64,000 nt of DNA from Synergistaceae bacterium. Lineage in GTDB: Bacteria; Synergistota; Synergistia; Synergistales; Aminobacteriaceae. Below, piece by piece: positions 1 to 11,955 of this stretch (positions are counted from its first letter, which is position 1; each line of letters starts with the position of its first letter). The notes below the pieces were generated by a model. The model was given only the letters and a program-made list of their open reading frames with translations. It was not told the DNA's origin and searched no databases. Both the position numbers and the translations under genes were made by a program. Where the stretch lies: contig JAFSKV010000072.1 of assembly GCA_017448795.1 (NCBI GenBank), positions 39,084 through 103,083 on the forward strand, read 5' to 3'.

Positions 1-933
1 ATAGTTATGCTGTCAGCACCCCTGATAGTCTTCAGCATGGCAAGCGGCGGGATAATGCGTGCGGAAAATCACCCAAGCGCGGCAATGGTCGGCCAAGTCA
101 TAGGCAACATGCTAAACGTTGTTCTTGACCCTGTGATGATACTCTGGTTCGGCTGGGGCATAAAGGGAGCGGCAATAGCTACGTCCGTCAGCATAGTGAT
201 AGGCGCGCTGTATTACGCGGGGTATTTCTTGCTCGGCCGTTCATCACTCAGCATACACATCAAGAATTTCCGAGCCAATGACGGAATAGCGTGGGGAGTC
301 TTCGGGATAGGGATTCCTTCGTGCCTTGACCCGTTTTTGATGAGCATATCGCAGATGGTAGTGAACTCGCTTATGTCTGCTTACGGTGATATGGCTGTGG
401 CGGCTACCGGGGTCGCGATGAGGATCAACCAGATCACCGGGCTTGTTGCTATGGGAGCAGGCCAGGGGGTACAGCCTCTGTTAGGGTTCTGCGTCGGAGC
501 TGAGACTTGGGAGCGTTACCGGGCAATCCTGAATTTCGCGCTGAGATTCTCGGTCTCAATGAGCGTCCTAATCATGGCCGTGTGCTACGTGTTCACTGAT
601 GATATTGTGGGGGTGTTCCTGACTCACCCGGAGGCTTTCGAGTATGCTGTAGTGTTCGTGAGGATATTACTGCTGACGGGAATAACGTTCAGCATATTCT
701 TCATGTTCGTCAACGCGCTTCAGGCTATGGGTGCGGGGAAAGCGTCATTGATTCTGAGCGTGTGCAGGCAGTGCGTGATATATGTGCCGATGATGTTCCT
801 GCTGAATAGATTACTGGGAGCGAGCGGGATAATCTGGGCGTTGCCGGCGGCTGAAGTGATTTCGCTGACACAGACGGCCACATTTTACGGTAAAATCATC
901 TTCCATCCCAAATATCTGACGCATTCGGAGTGA
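1..933 (+). CDS. MATE family efflux transporter, 5' end outside the window
   Basis: The frame is open to the window edge. The protein is multi-TM with MATE-like strings (GIKGAAIATSVS, NALQAMGAGKASL). About 310 aa are present of a family that is usually about 450 aa. Confidence 0.75.
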   Translation: MVMLSAPLIVFSMASGGIMRAENHPSAAMVGQVIGNMLNVVLDPVMILWFGWGIKGAAIATSVSIVIGALYYAGYFLLGRSSLSIHIKNFRANDGIAWGVFGIGIPSCLDPFLMSISQMVVNSLMSAYGDMAVAATGVAMRINQITGLVAMGAGQGVQPLLGFCVGAETWERYRAILNFALRFSVSMSVLIMAVCYVFTDDIVGVFLTHPEAFEYAVVFVRILLLTGITFSIFFMFVNALQAMGAGKASLILSVCRQCVIYVPMMFLLNRLLGASGIIWALPAAEVISLTQTATFYGKIIFHPKYLTHSE

Positions 934-935
934 TT

Positions 936-1424
936 ATGATGAAGGTAACCGCTGTATATCCCGGCTCATTTGACCCAATCACCAACGGACATATATACAT
1001 CGCTGAACGTGCCGCGGCTGTGTTCGACGAGGTCATCGTGAGCGTTCTCGTGAATGAGCGCAAGACTTCAGCCTTCACCGTAGAGGAACGCTGTGTTATG
1101 GCACGTGAGGCTCTCGGCCATGTGGGGAATATCACGGTCGACAGCTTCAACGGTCTTCTTGTGGACTACGTGAGGCAGAAGAATGCGGGAGTGATTGTGC
1201 GGGGACTCCGGGCCATGAGCGATTTCGAGTACGAGTTCCAGATGGCACTGATGAACCGCCAGCTTGCGCCGGAAATTGAGACGTTCTTCATTGTTACTGA
1301 CCCTAAATATTCCTACGTGTCAAGCTCAAGCGTGAGGGAGATATTTCATTTTGGGGGGACTGTGAGGGACGTTGTGCCGCGGTGTGTGTATGAGCGTCTC
1401 AGGGAGCGTTACAACAGAGAATGA
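936..1424 (+). CDS. coaD: Phosphopantetheine adenylyltransferase
   Basis: Starts MKVTAVYPGSFDPITNGH (the CoaD T/HxGH nucleotidyltransferase motif) and has the typical length of about 160 aa. GGAG lies 5 nt upstream of the ATG at 936. The ORF-track start at 930 is a GTG overlapping the upstream stop. Confidence 0.9.
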   Translation: MMKVTAVYPGSFDPITNGHIYIAERAAAVFDEVIVSVLVNERKTSAFTVEERCVMAREALGHVGNITVDSFNGLLVDYVRQKNAGVIVRGLRAMSDFEYEFQMALMNRQLAPEIETFFIVTDPKYSYVSSSSVREIFHFGGTVRDVVPRCVYERLRERYNRE

Positions 1425-1471
1425 GCGATACCCTGCCCCCGACAAGCCAGAGGCAGGATACTCACTCCGAA

Positions 1472-2107
1472 CTATTCCGTCTTCACGTCAAACTCCTCGA
1501 ACTCAATGCGCTTCCTGTCCTCCTCAAGCGGCACGGCGTATTCCCGTTCCACATATAACCAGTCCCCCCAAGAAGCAGGCCTTATGCGCCTCAGGCTGAT
1601 ACTATAGCCGTTAATGACGAAGCCAATACGCGCAATAAGCGGACGCTCACCATACTTGAACGGCAGGTTGTGCCAGAATGTTACGCGGGTCCAGAAGCCA
1701 GCCGGGATGTTTCGGGAATTTCCGTTAGTCTGGAGATCCGCAATATACCCCCAGTCACCGTTCCTGTAACTGAAACCGTTCGTGTAGGCATCAGTCCCGT
1801 CAAGAACATCCAGCTTCAGCGCAGTATCACGCTCAGACTTCACCATGAAGACACTGAATATCCCCTCATCCTGTTTCACTTCAGCGTCAGGCATTTCGGG
1901 GGAAGGCTCGGCGGGCTTGTTTCTGAACGTGCCAAGATACAGCACGGTCAACCCGTCATTAGTCCGAAAGCCTATAGAGTTACCCATATCCCGCTGAATT
2001 ATGTACTCCGATACGCCCGGCGAAGCTACATCAACACTCAGTGCCTCGTCAGCATTTGCGCACGGATACAACGCAAGCACCACAATTACCGCAAGAATTT
2101 TCCTCAT
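1472..2107 (-). CDS. Exported protein of unknown function, paralogue 1 of a tandem pair
   Basis: N-terminal signal peptide MRKILAVIVVLALYPCANA. Shares long identical strings with the next ORF (RVTFWHNLPFKYG, IARIGF.ING, GIFSVFMVKS). Confidence 0.6.
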   Translation of the reverse strand: MRKILAVIVVLALYPCANADEALSVDVASPGVSEYIIQRDMGNSIGFRTNDGLTVLYLGTFRNKPAEPSPEMPDAEVKQDEGIFSVFMVKSERDTALKLDVLDGTDAYTNGFSYRNGDWGYIADLQTNGNSRNIPAGFWTRVTFWHNLPFKYGERPLIARIGFVINGYSISLRRIRPASWGDWLYVEREYAVPLEEDRKRIEFEEFDVKTE

Positions 2108-2110
2108 GCT

Positions 2111-2746
2111 CTATTTTCCCTTCTCCGACACGGCTTCAAGCTCCTCAAGCGAAAAATCCCGCTCCCTGTCATTCTCCTCAAGCTCAACGATTTTCGGCTC
2201 AACCTTCTTCCATTCCTCCCAAGATTTCGGCCTCACTCGCTTATATGTCAGCTCATTCCCGTTTATAATGAAGCCAATCCGCGCTATTACCGGGTATCTT
2301 CCGTACTTGAACGGCAGATTATGCCAGAAAGTTACGCGCACCCAGAAAGTTTCGAGAATGTCCCGCGGGTTTCCGTTCGTGTCAATGTCAGCGATATATC
2401 CCCAAGGCGCATTGTTCCTCCACGAAAATTTGTTTGTCCTCGTGTCGTAGCCGTCCCTCACATCAAGCTGAAGCGGAGTGTCCTTGTCAGACTTCACCAT
2501 GAAGACAGAGAATATCCCGTCGTCAGCAATTTCATCTTGGGACAGTTCTTTTTCCTCCGGGCGAAAAGTGCCGACATAAATCATCCGCAGGCCTTCGGGA
2601 CTCTTCATGTCAATCACGTTCCCTGAAGCGTCCTTCTTCACGTCAAAGCTGAGAACATCACCGCTGAGATTTTCCGCCTGACATGCCCCGCATAATGCCG
2701 CGGCAAATGCCAAAGCCCACAAAAATTTACGCATAACTGTAATCAT
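2111..2746 (-). CDS. Exported protein of unknown function, paralogue 2 of a tandem pair
   Basis: Same length as its neighbour (211 aa) with a signal peptide MRKFLWALAFAAALCGACQA. An alternative start at 2734 is possible. Confidence 0.6.
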   Translation of the reverse strand: MITVMRKFLWALAFAAALCGACQAENLSGDVLSFDVKKDASGNVIDMKSPEGLRMIYVGTFRPEEKELSQDEIADDGIFSVFMVKSDKDTPLQLDVRDGYDTRTNKFSWRNNAPWGYIADIDTNGNPRDILETFWVRVTFWHNLPFKYGRYPVIARIGFIINGNELTYKRVRPKSWEEWKKVEPKIVELEENDRERDFSLEELEAVSEKGK

Positions 2747-2849
2747 TCCTCCTGTTATATTTTCCTGAACGCGCCTATTTTACACGCTAAAAGTTTTTCT
2801 GTGCTACAATAGCAACTGTAATTCCACATGAAAGGCTGTGCGTAAAATC

Positions 2850-3431
2850 ATGAAGAAATTTGCAGTATTAGCGTTGATCCTCGGACTCGTCGCCGTCATG
2901 GCAGTACCCTCATTCGCTTGGGACGCGGCAAAGCAGAAATCCCTCGGCCAGGACAAGAACAAAATGACTTGGTACATCCTCGATTACGGCAAGGACGCAA
3001 ACGGAGTTCCCTTCGCGGTATCACGCAAGTACTACACCAACACGACAATCAAGAACGACACAATCGAGCTGCTCATGTCAAAGTTCGGCCTCTCCCCTGA
3101 GAAAGCAGGAAGCCTCTACTTCACCGAATACGGCTACGAGTACTCAGCGGACGGAAAGCAGTTCGCCCAGACCTACGTGCGCCACTATGACATGCTCGGA
3201 AACGAGATTCACGGCACTGTTTACGACGACAGCACAGAGGACACAAAGAAGAGCTGGATAGCCCTCTCAGCAGTCGCAGGCTCAACACCCTACAAGGCCG
3301 CAAGCTATGCGCTGGGAAAGCCCGTGTCAGCACCGAAGGCAGCAGCAGCCCCCGCAAAGAAAGCAGCAACAAAGAAAGCCAGCACTACAGTACCTGCAAA
3401 AAGAGTCGTCCGCGCAAAGAAGGCAAACTAG
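2850..3431 (+). CDS. Exported protein with a Lys/Ala/Pro-rich basic C-terminal tail
   Basis: ATG at 2850 gives the signal peptide MKKFAVLALILGLVAVMAVPSFA. The C-terminus reads SAPKAAAAPAKKAATKKASTTVPAKRVVRAKKAN. Confidence 0.6.
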   Translation: MKKFAVLALILGLVAVMAVPSFAWDAAKQKSLGQDKNKMTWYILDYGKDANGVPFAVSRKYYTNTTIKNDTIELLMSKFGLSPEKAGSLYFTEYGYEYSADGKQFAQTYVRHYDMLGNEIHGTVYDDSTEDTKKSWIALSAVAGSTPYKAASYALGKPVSAPKAAAAPAKKAATKKASTTVPAKRVVRAKKAN

Positions 3432-3455
3432 TTTCCTGCCGACGGATTTTCACAG

Positions 3456-3484
3456 CTCCTCCCAAATTCAAGGGGGGAGTTTTT
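3456..3484 (+). terminator. Rho-independent terminator candidate
   Basis: Stem CTCCTCCC, loop AAATTCAA, stem GGGGGGAG, followed by TTTTT. It lies between convergent genes. Confidence 0.55.
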
Positions 3485-3486
3485 CT

Positions 3487-4794
3487 TTACCTTGTCCTTG
3501 CCCTGAATATCTCGATAAATGTCCTGAGAAGTATCACAATGTCGAGCCATAAAGACCAGTTGCGTATATAGTAGAGATTCATTTCGCCGCAGATTCTCTT
3601 GTCCTTTTCCCTGTCGCTTATCTGCCAGAAGCCCGTTATGCCCGGCTTCACCATAGATATTTTCCTCGCAGTTTCCCCGCCGTAAACATGAAGCATATCC
3701 GCGCCTGTAAATGCTTTCGGCCCCACAAGGCTCATTTCACCGCGCAGAACGTTGAGTATCTGGGGCAGCTCATCAAGATATGCCCTCCTGAGCTTCGCGC
3801 CTGAATGCGGAAAACCTGACAGCCTGAACTTGTACATGAGGAACTTCCGCCCGTCCTGCCCTGAGCGTTCCTGCCGTGAAAAAACTTCCCCGCCGTCAGA
3901 CATCTTCACAGCCGCCGCAACGCAGATCATAAGCGGAAACCACAAGATGAGCGTAACAAAAGCCGCTGTGTAGTCGGCAAGACTCTTCACTGTCCTGCTG
4001 ACCGGGTTAAGCAGGCCCTGAGACGCTGAGATGACTGGCATACCGTCAACATCCCTTATCGACGAGGAGAAGGCCGTAAGCATGTACATATCAGGGATGT
4101 AATGCACCTGCCTCACATGGAACTCAACTAGGTCAAGAATGTGTGTGAGGAAGCTCCGTGATGCCGACGATATGGCAACGGCTGCCTCGTCTACCCTCTC
4201 AGAAGCGCACAGGGCCGTGAAGTCCTCAAGTTTTCCGCGCACCTTAACGCCCGCGACTGTGATGCCCTGCTTTGCCTCGTCGTCGTCAAGGAAGCCCGTC
4301 ACCCTCCCAAGCGTGAAGGGATGACCCGCGATTTTGTCCGCGAAGATAGTTCCTGTCCTGCCAGCTCCCAGGATGATTATGTTTGTCGAAAGAATCCCCA
4401 GCGAGAAAAGCAAACGCCTCACAATCCAGCGCGAAATTATGCACAAGGGGATGAAGATTATTATCCCGGCGGCAAGAGTGAAGCGTGATATGTCGAAGCC
4501 CTGCGAATAAAGGTAAAGCACAGCCACAAGAAGTATAAGCAGGGAGGATTTGAGGACAGCCTTTATTTCGTCCCAAAGAAGCCAGGTCTTGAAGGAATAT
4601 AGAGAGTTGAAGTAGAAAACAGCCAGCATTGTCCCGGTGAAAAAATAAATGACTTCAGATGTGAAGCCGACCGGGATTTTTCCGTCAAGCCACAGACTCA
4701 CAGCTAGCCAGAAGCTGAAACGGTAGACGAGCGAATCAATGACAGCCTGACATACAGACACAAAAGCCCTTGTGTTGTTTTTGTACTTTACCAT
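3487..4794 (-). CDS. Polyprenyl-phosphate glycosyl-phosphotransferase (bacterial sugar transferase, WbaP/PglC-like)
   Basis: N-terminal TM segments, a Rossmann-like IIILGAGRTG, and the C-terminal strings LDELPQILNVLRGEMSLVGP and KPGITGFWQI. Several family motifs are divergent (GPKA instead of GPRP; KFRLSG). Confidence 0.8.
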   Translation of the reverse strand: MVKYKNNTRAFVSVCQAVIDSLVYRFSFWLAVSLWLDGKIPVGFTSEVIYFFTGTMLAVFYFNSLYSFKTWLLWDEIKAVLKSSLLILLVAVLYLYSQGFDISRFTLAAGIIIFIPLCIISRWIVRRLLFSLGILSTNIIILGAGRTGTIFADKIAGHPFTLGRVTGFLDDDEAKQGITVAGVKVRGKLEDFTALCASERVDEAAVAISSASRSFLTHILDLVEFHVRQVHYIPDMYMLTAFSSSIRDVDGMPVISASQGLLNPVSRTVKSLADYTAAFVTLILWFPLMICVAAAVKMSDGGEVFSRQERSGQDGRKFLMYKFRLSGFPHSGAKLRRAYLDELPQILNVLRGEMSLVGPKAFTGADMLHVYGGETARKISMVKPGITGFWQISDREKDKRICGEMNLYYIRNWSLWLDIVILLRTFIEIFRARTR

Positions 4795-4857
4795 AAAAAT
4801 ATGCGCCTTTCTGAGATTTTTGCTAGTATATCATGAGACTTCAAGGAGGCAGGAACA

Positions 4858-6201
4858 ATGAACGCTCAGGACAGAAAGTATATTATGATGACTACTCGGC
4901 CTGTGAGCAGGCTCGTTTGCAGTCTGGCAGTCCCCTCAATAATCACAATGATGATAAGCGCGGTCTACAACATGGCCGATACATTCTATGTAGCCGGAAT
5001 AGACGTTCAGTCCCCCGCGGCTGTGGGTGTGATATTCCCGTACATGGCATTCATCCAGGCGATAGCATTTTTCTTCGGGCAGGGGAGCGCAAACTACATT
5101 TCCCGCGCACTGGGTGCAAGAGACCGTGAAAGCGCGGAAAAAATAGCGTCAACAGGCTTCTTCACGTCCCTCATCACAGGCATCACAATAGCGGTTCTGG
5201 GCTTCATCTTCATGGATGACATTCTTCTTGTTCTCGGGTCAACAGAAACTATCCTTCCATACGCTAGGGCATATTTCCGTTACATTCTCATAGGTACACC
5301 CTTCATCATGTCGTCGTTTGTACTGAACAACCAGATGCGTTTTCAGGGCAATGCTTTTGTCTCAATGATGGGCATAACGTCGGGTGCACTACTGAATATC
5401 ATCCTTGACCCTGTGTTTATCTTTGTGCTTGGAATGGGAGTAGCGGGCGCGGCTCTCGCGACGATGATCTCGCAGATGGTCAGCTTCACGCTTCTTCTGA
5501 ATCTTGCGGGAAGAAGGGACGGTATTCCGTTGAGGCTTCGAAATTTCCGGCCGAAGCTCTCACATTACCGGGAGATAACGGCGGGGGGGCTTCCTTCTCT
5601 TGGGCGGCAGGGGCTGGCCAGTATCTCTATGGCGTACATGAACCAGCTTGCGGGATTTTACGGTGACGCTGCGATTGCGGCATTGTCGATCGTGTTCCGT
5701 GTAACCATGTTTTCCACGTCTGTAGTACTCGGCTTCGGCCAGGGCTTCCAGCCTGTATGCGGCTTCAATTACGGCGCGGGGAAATATGACCGTGTGAGGC
5801 GGGCTTTCTGGTTCAGCGTGGGGGTTACTGCACTTTACTGCGCGGCTTTGAGCATGACGGGGTATGTTTTTGCCGGGAAGATAATAGCTCTCTTCCGTCC
5901 TGATGACTTGGAGCTTATAGGGCTGGGTTCTCAGGCTCTGCGTTATGAGTGTCTCGTTTACTGGTCTGTGTCATTCGTTACAATCTCCAACATGTTTTTG
6001 CAGAACACGCGCAGGACAATCCGGGCAACGACTCTTTCTGCCTCGCGTCAGGGATTCATGCTGGCACTTGCGCTTTATTTCGGGCGGAAATTCTGGGGGC
6101 TTGACGGGATTATAGCTGCCCAGCCGGTTGCTGACGGACTCACGTTTCTTCTTGCCGTGCCTTTCACGTGGAGTGCGCTGCGTGAGATGAAGGGCGAGTA
6201 A
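4858..6201 (+). CDS. MATE family efflux transporter
   Basis: 447 aa and about 12 TM segments. MATE-like strings include GQGSANYISRALGA and GFGQGFQPVCGFNYGAGK. Confidence 0.85.
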   Translation: MNAQDRKYIMMTTRPVSRLVCSLAVPSIITMMISAVYNMADTFYVAGIDVQSPAAVGVIFPYMAFIQAIAFFFGQGSANYISRALGARDRESAEKIASTGFFTSLITGITIAVLGFIFMDDILLVLGSTETILPYARAYFRYILIGTPFIMSSFVLNNQMRFQGNAFVSMMGITSGALLNIILDPVFIFVLGMGVAGAALATMISQMVSFTLLLNLAGRRDGIPLRLRNFRPKLSHYREITAGGLPSLGRQGLASISMAYMNQLAGFYGDAAIAALSIVFRVTMFSTSVVLGFGQGFQPVCGFNYGAGKYDRVRRAFWFSVGVTALYCAALSMTGYVFAGKIIALFRPDDLELIGLGSQALRYECLVYWSVSFVTISNMFLQNTRRTIRATTLSASRQGFMLALALYFGRKFWGLDGIIAAQPVADGLTFLLAVPFTWSALREMKGE

Positions 6202-6225
6202 TTCCCCCCGCTGTACAAAAAAAAT

Positions 6226-6256
6226 CCCCCGGCCATGAAACCGGGGGCTTTCTTCT
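6226..6256. terminator. Bidirectional intrinsic terminator candidate
   Basis: Stem CCCCCGG, loop CCATGAAA, stem CCGGGGG. An A8 run lies 5' and a T-rich tract lies 3'. It sits between convergent genes. Confidence 0.7.
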
Positions 6257-6260
6257 GTGT

Positions 6261-8093
6261 CTATATCTCGTTGACTGTGATTGTCGTTATCGCGTTGTTC
6301 TTGTCGAGCTGGATGCTGAGGCCTGTTTTCCCGCCCTCGTTGTAGTTTATCGTCCTTCCGTTTGTGCTTGAAGGGTAGCCCATAATCTGGAGAAGGGTTG
6401 TCTGGCTCATTCCTGTTTTGAGGCCGTTCTGAAGCTCCCTGTTGCTTGCAGTCAGGCGGATGCGTGTTATGTCCTCGCCCTTAAGCGTGGCTGTGAGGCC
6501 GGGCCATTCTGCGCTTGAGCCTGTGCTTCTTGTAGGATTCCCCAAGGCTTCAACCAGCTGGCTCTTGCTGCTTCCGAATGACTTTAACAGCGCGTTTGAG
6601 TATCCTGAAGGAAGACCCGCGCCTATAGGACGCACGTACTTGCCGTAAACCCAGCCTTCATTTCCGCCCGTCTGTATGTTGTACCACGTGCCAGCGTACT
6701 GGCCTGACGTTACGTTGTATGAGCCTAGTATTTCGACCCTCGTATTCGTCTTGAGGCGTGTTACACGTGAAGAGCTTGTGCTGTGGTCTGAACGTACGTT
6801 GACGCTGCTGCCTGTGATTATTCCGCTTTTGGGTTCTCTTTCCGGCGTGAAATTGGGAAGGACATTCTCGGCGACAGCAATTCCTACAGGCTCTGCTATG
6901 GCTGAAGGAGTCTCAGGCTCAGGCTGCACGACAGGAAGGGGATCTGCCTCCTTTATGACATCAGTACGCGCTATAGGCGGAAGTTCTCCGGGGGGAAGTT
7001 TCCTGAGTCCCAGAAGGAAATACAACGCCCCTCCTACAGCTGAGACAAGGACGAGCATACTTGCCGCCCTCTTCCATGCCGAACGCCCGCGCTTTTTCCC
7101 CTTGCTGGCGTAACGGGAAAATTCCGCGTATGTTGAAGCCGCGTCATCCCCTGATGCTGTGAGCGGTCTTTTTGCCGTGCGTCTCGGAGCCTCTTCCGGG
7201 TCGGAGTTCCTGTTAGGTTTCACGTGAGTCCTGTAACCCGGCTCATTCTGTGTGCCTGTCATATCATCACCATCATTCATATCAGTATTAATCAACGCCG
7301 CGTCATCATCGGGCAGTTGTTCCTGTATTTCTTCCCCGCCGCTTCTCGGTGTAAGCAGCTGTTCATTGAGCTTCTCTATGTCAATATCATCATCGCGGCC
7401 TGAAAGAGTGAAGTTGTCCGGGTCGGGAAGAACTGAGAGCTTTGCGCCGCATGTAGGGCAGAACCTGTTTTCCCGCGAGACAATCGCCCCGCATTCAGGG
7501 CAGGACTTGGACATTCTCCGCCTCATCTTGGGAAGGTCCGCGCTGAGTCTCAAGACTTCATCAGCAGAAACATTTTCGCCCAAGGGGTCATCATCATGTG
7601 CGAGCCTGCTTGCGAAATCTTCCGGGATTATTCCTTCCCTCAGCGGGTCAGCCTGGAGCTCTTCAGGGGAAGGGGCGGGTATATCAGGGTCATAATAGAA
7701 ATCTGCGTCATCCGGGTAATTCTGGCTGTCTTCATCGTCGTAATTGTAGTACATATCCTGTTCCGTCTGTCTGGGTTTCAGGAAGAAGCAGAAAAGCCCC
7801 GCGAAGAAATATAATCCCCCGTAAAGCCAAGTGTCTCTTGCAGGAACACAAAGCCCCATCGCGATAAACAGGAACAGCGCGCCCCATTTGTTTTGGTTGA
7901 AGGCTATAATCCCCCCGGTCAGTGCAAACATGGCCGAGATCACCGGGAGGCTGGCCAGAAGTGTTGACGGTATTCCGAGCACCGCACCCCCGCTTACCGA
8001 CAATGAGCCGAAGAGCATGAAGACACCGTGAATTATTGACGTTATTGACGCGCCGAGCGTGAGCGCGAGTATTATCCAGCTCATCCTATGCAT
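6261..8093 (-). CDS. Multidomain membrane protein: N-terminal TM bundle, acidic linker, zinc ribbon, TM segment, SH3b-like domain and C-terminal domain
   Basis: Zinc ribbon CPECGAIVSRENRFCPTCG. SH3b-like string GSSVNVRSDHS...WYNIQTGGNEGWVYGKYVRP. Hydrophobic N-terminus and an internal TM segment AASMLVLVSAVGGALYFLLGL. Confidence 0.6.
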   Translation of the reverse strand: MHRMSWIILALTLGASITSIIHGVFMLFGSLSVSGGAVLGIPSTLLASLPVISAMFALTGGIIAFNQNKWGALFLFIAMGLCVPARDTWLYGGLYFFAGLFCFFLKPRQTEQDMYYNYDDEDSQNYPDDADFYYDPDIPAPSPEELQADPLREGIIPEDFASRLAHDDDPLGENVSADEVLRLSADLPKMRRRMSKSCPECGAIVSRENRFCPTCGAKLSVLPDPDNFTLSGRDDDIDIEKLNEQLLTPRSGGEEIQEQLPDDDAALINTDMNDGDDMTGTQNEPGYRTHVKPNRNSDPEEAPRRTAKRPLTASGDDAASTYAEFSRYASKGKKRGRSAWKRAASMLVLVSAVGGALYFLLGLRKLPPGELPPIARTDVIKEADPLPVVQPEPETPSAIAEPVGIAVAENVLPNFTPEREPKSGIITGSSVNVRSDHSTSSSRVTRLKTNTRVEILGSYNVTSGQYAGTWYNIQTGGNEGWVYGKYVRPIGAGLPSGYSNALLKSFGSSKSQLVEALGNPTRSTGSSAEWPGLTATLKGEDITRIRLTASNRELQNGLKTGMSQTTLLQIMGYPSSTNGRTINYNEGGKTGLSIQLDKNNAITTITVNEI

Positions 8094-8138
8094 TCACTCC
8101 TTGCTTGTGTGATTTGTCAATATTATATATGACCGTCA

Positions 8139-10988
<2,850 letters not shown>

Positions 10989-11002
10989 GTGTATGTTCTT
11001 CT

Positions 11003-11953
11003 CTATGTTAGGTTTATGATTTCTGGTGTAATGATCCCGTGTGAGATATATTTTCCTGCGCATTCTGTGAAATGCTGTGTGTCTTCCCTGCTCATCACCT
11101 CCCCGTAAATTCTCATGCATGTTTCTGTGTCATGGCCTATCTGTGAGATTAACGCGTCCTTGTCCGGGAAAGTCATGATGTCCCTGACACGTCCCAATAA
11201 CAGCGTGATTACTTCCTCGCCGTAAATGTCCCCGCTGAAGCCCGGAAGGTGGACCTCAGCCCTTGTGCCGTCCACGTCATGGAAGGTTGGGTTGCTGCCG
11301 AGAGACAATGCCCCGCAGTGCCACGCACCTTTGACGAAGACAGCCGACGAGTAGACACCGCAGGCGGGAATCACGCGCCCGGCCTGAAGCTCAAGGTTAG
11401 CCGTTGGGAAACCGAGAGTCCTTCCGCGCCCGTCCCCGTGTACAACCCGGCTCATCATGAAGAAGGGGTAGCCTAAGATTCTTGCCGCTTCTGAGACGTT
11501 CCCGGCGGTTATGTTTTCGCGGACTGTCGAGCTGGAATAACGGGGCTTGTTGAGAACGTCAGCAATAATAATCCGTGTGAGACCGTCAGACTGTGCGAGT
11601 TCCCTCAAAGCCTCGGCGTTTCCTTCCCTGCCGTACCCGAAGCGGAAATCATTTCCCACAACGAGTCCGTCAACATTGAGCCTTTCACGGAGAAGCCTCC
11701 AGAATTTCGCGGGGGATAAGTTCATGAGTGCCTCATCGAATCTCAGGACGTACATTTTCGGGACACCAAGCACACGGCGTATAAGCTCCCTTTCCCTGAG
11801 AGTGAAGAGCGGCTTGATCCTCCCCATGAACGCGGAAGGATGAGGCTCGAACGTAACAACAGCCCAGTCATCCCCGGCATTTTCCCGGCATATCCTGAGA
11901 AGCTCGCGGTGTCCCTTGTGGAAGCCGTCAAACGCCCCAATCGTGATCAGCAT
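11003..11953 (-). CDS. ribF: Bifunctional riboflavin kinase / FMN adenylyltransferase
   Basis: Starts MLITIGAFDGFHKGH and contains GFPTANL and SLGSNPTF. Confidence 0.9.
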   Translation of the reverse strand: MLITIGAFDGFHKGHRELLRICRENAGDDWAVVTFEPHPSAFMGRIKPLFTLRERELIRRVLGVPKMYVLRFDEALMNLSPAKFWRLLRERLNVDGLVVGNDFRFGYGREGNAEALRELAQSDGLTRIIIADVLNKPRYSSSTVRENITAGNVSEAARILGYPFFMMSRVVHGDGRGRTLGFPTANLELQAGRVIPACGVYSSAVFVKGAWHCGALSLGSNPTFHDVDGTRAEVHLPGFSGDIYGEEVITLLLGRVRDIMTFPDKDALISQIGHDTETCMRIYGEVMSREDTQHFTECAGKYISHGIITPEIINLT

Positions 11954-11955
11954 GG

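Noticed and set aside
1670-2626. A 318-aa plus-strand ORF spanning both exported paralogue genes.
   Set aside because: It is antisense to two ORFs that have signal peptides and mutual homology. Its composition is Arg/Ser/Pro/His-rich and it crosses the gene boundary. This is a typical shadow ORF.
8094-8138. Perfect TTGACA and TATAAT hexamers in the tsaC / membrane-protein intergenic region.
   Set aside because: On the coding (minus) strand TATAAT precedes TTGACA, which is the wrong order. On the plus strand no gene follows.
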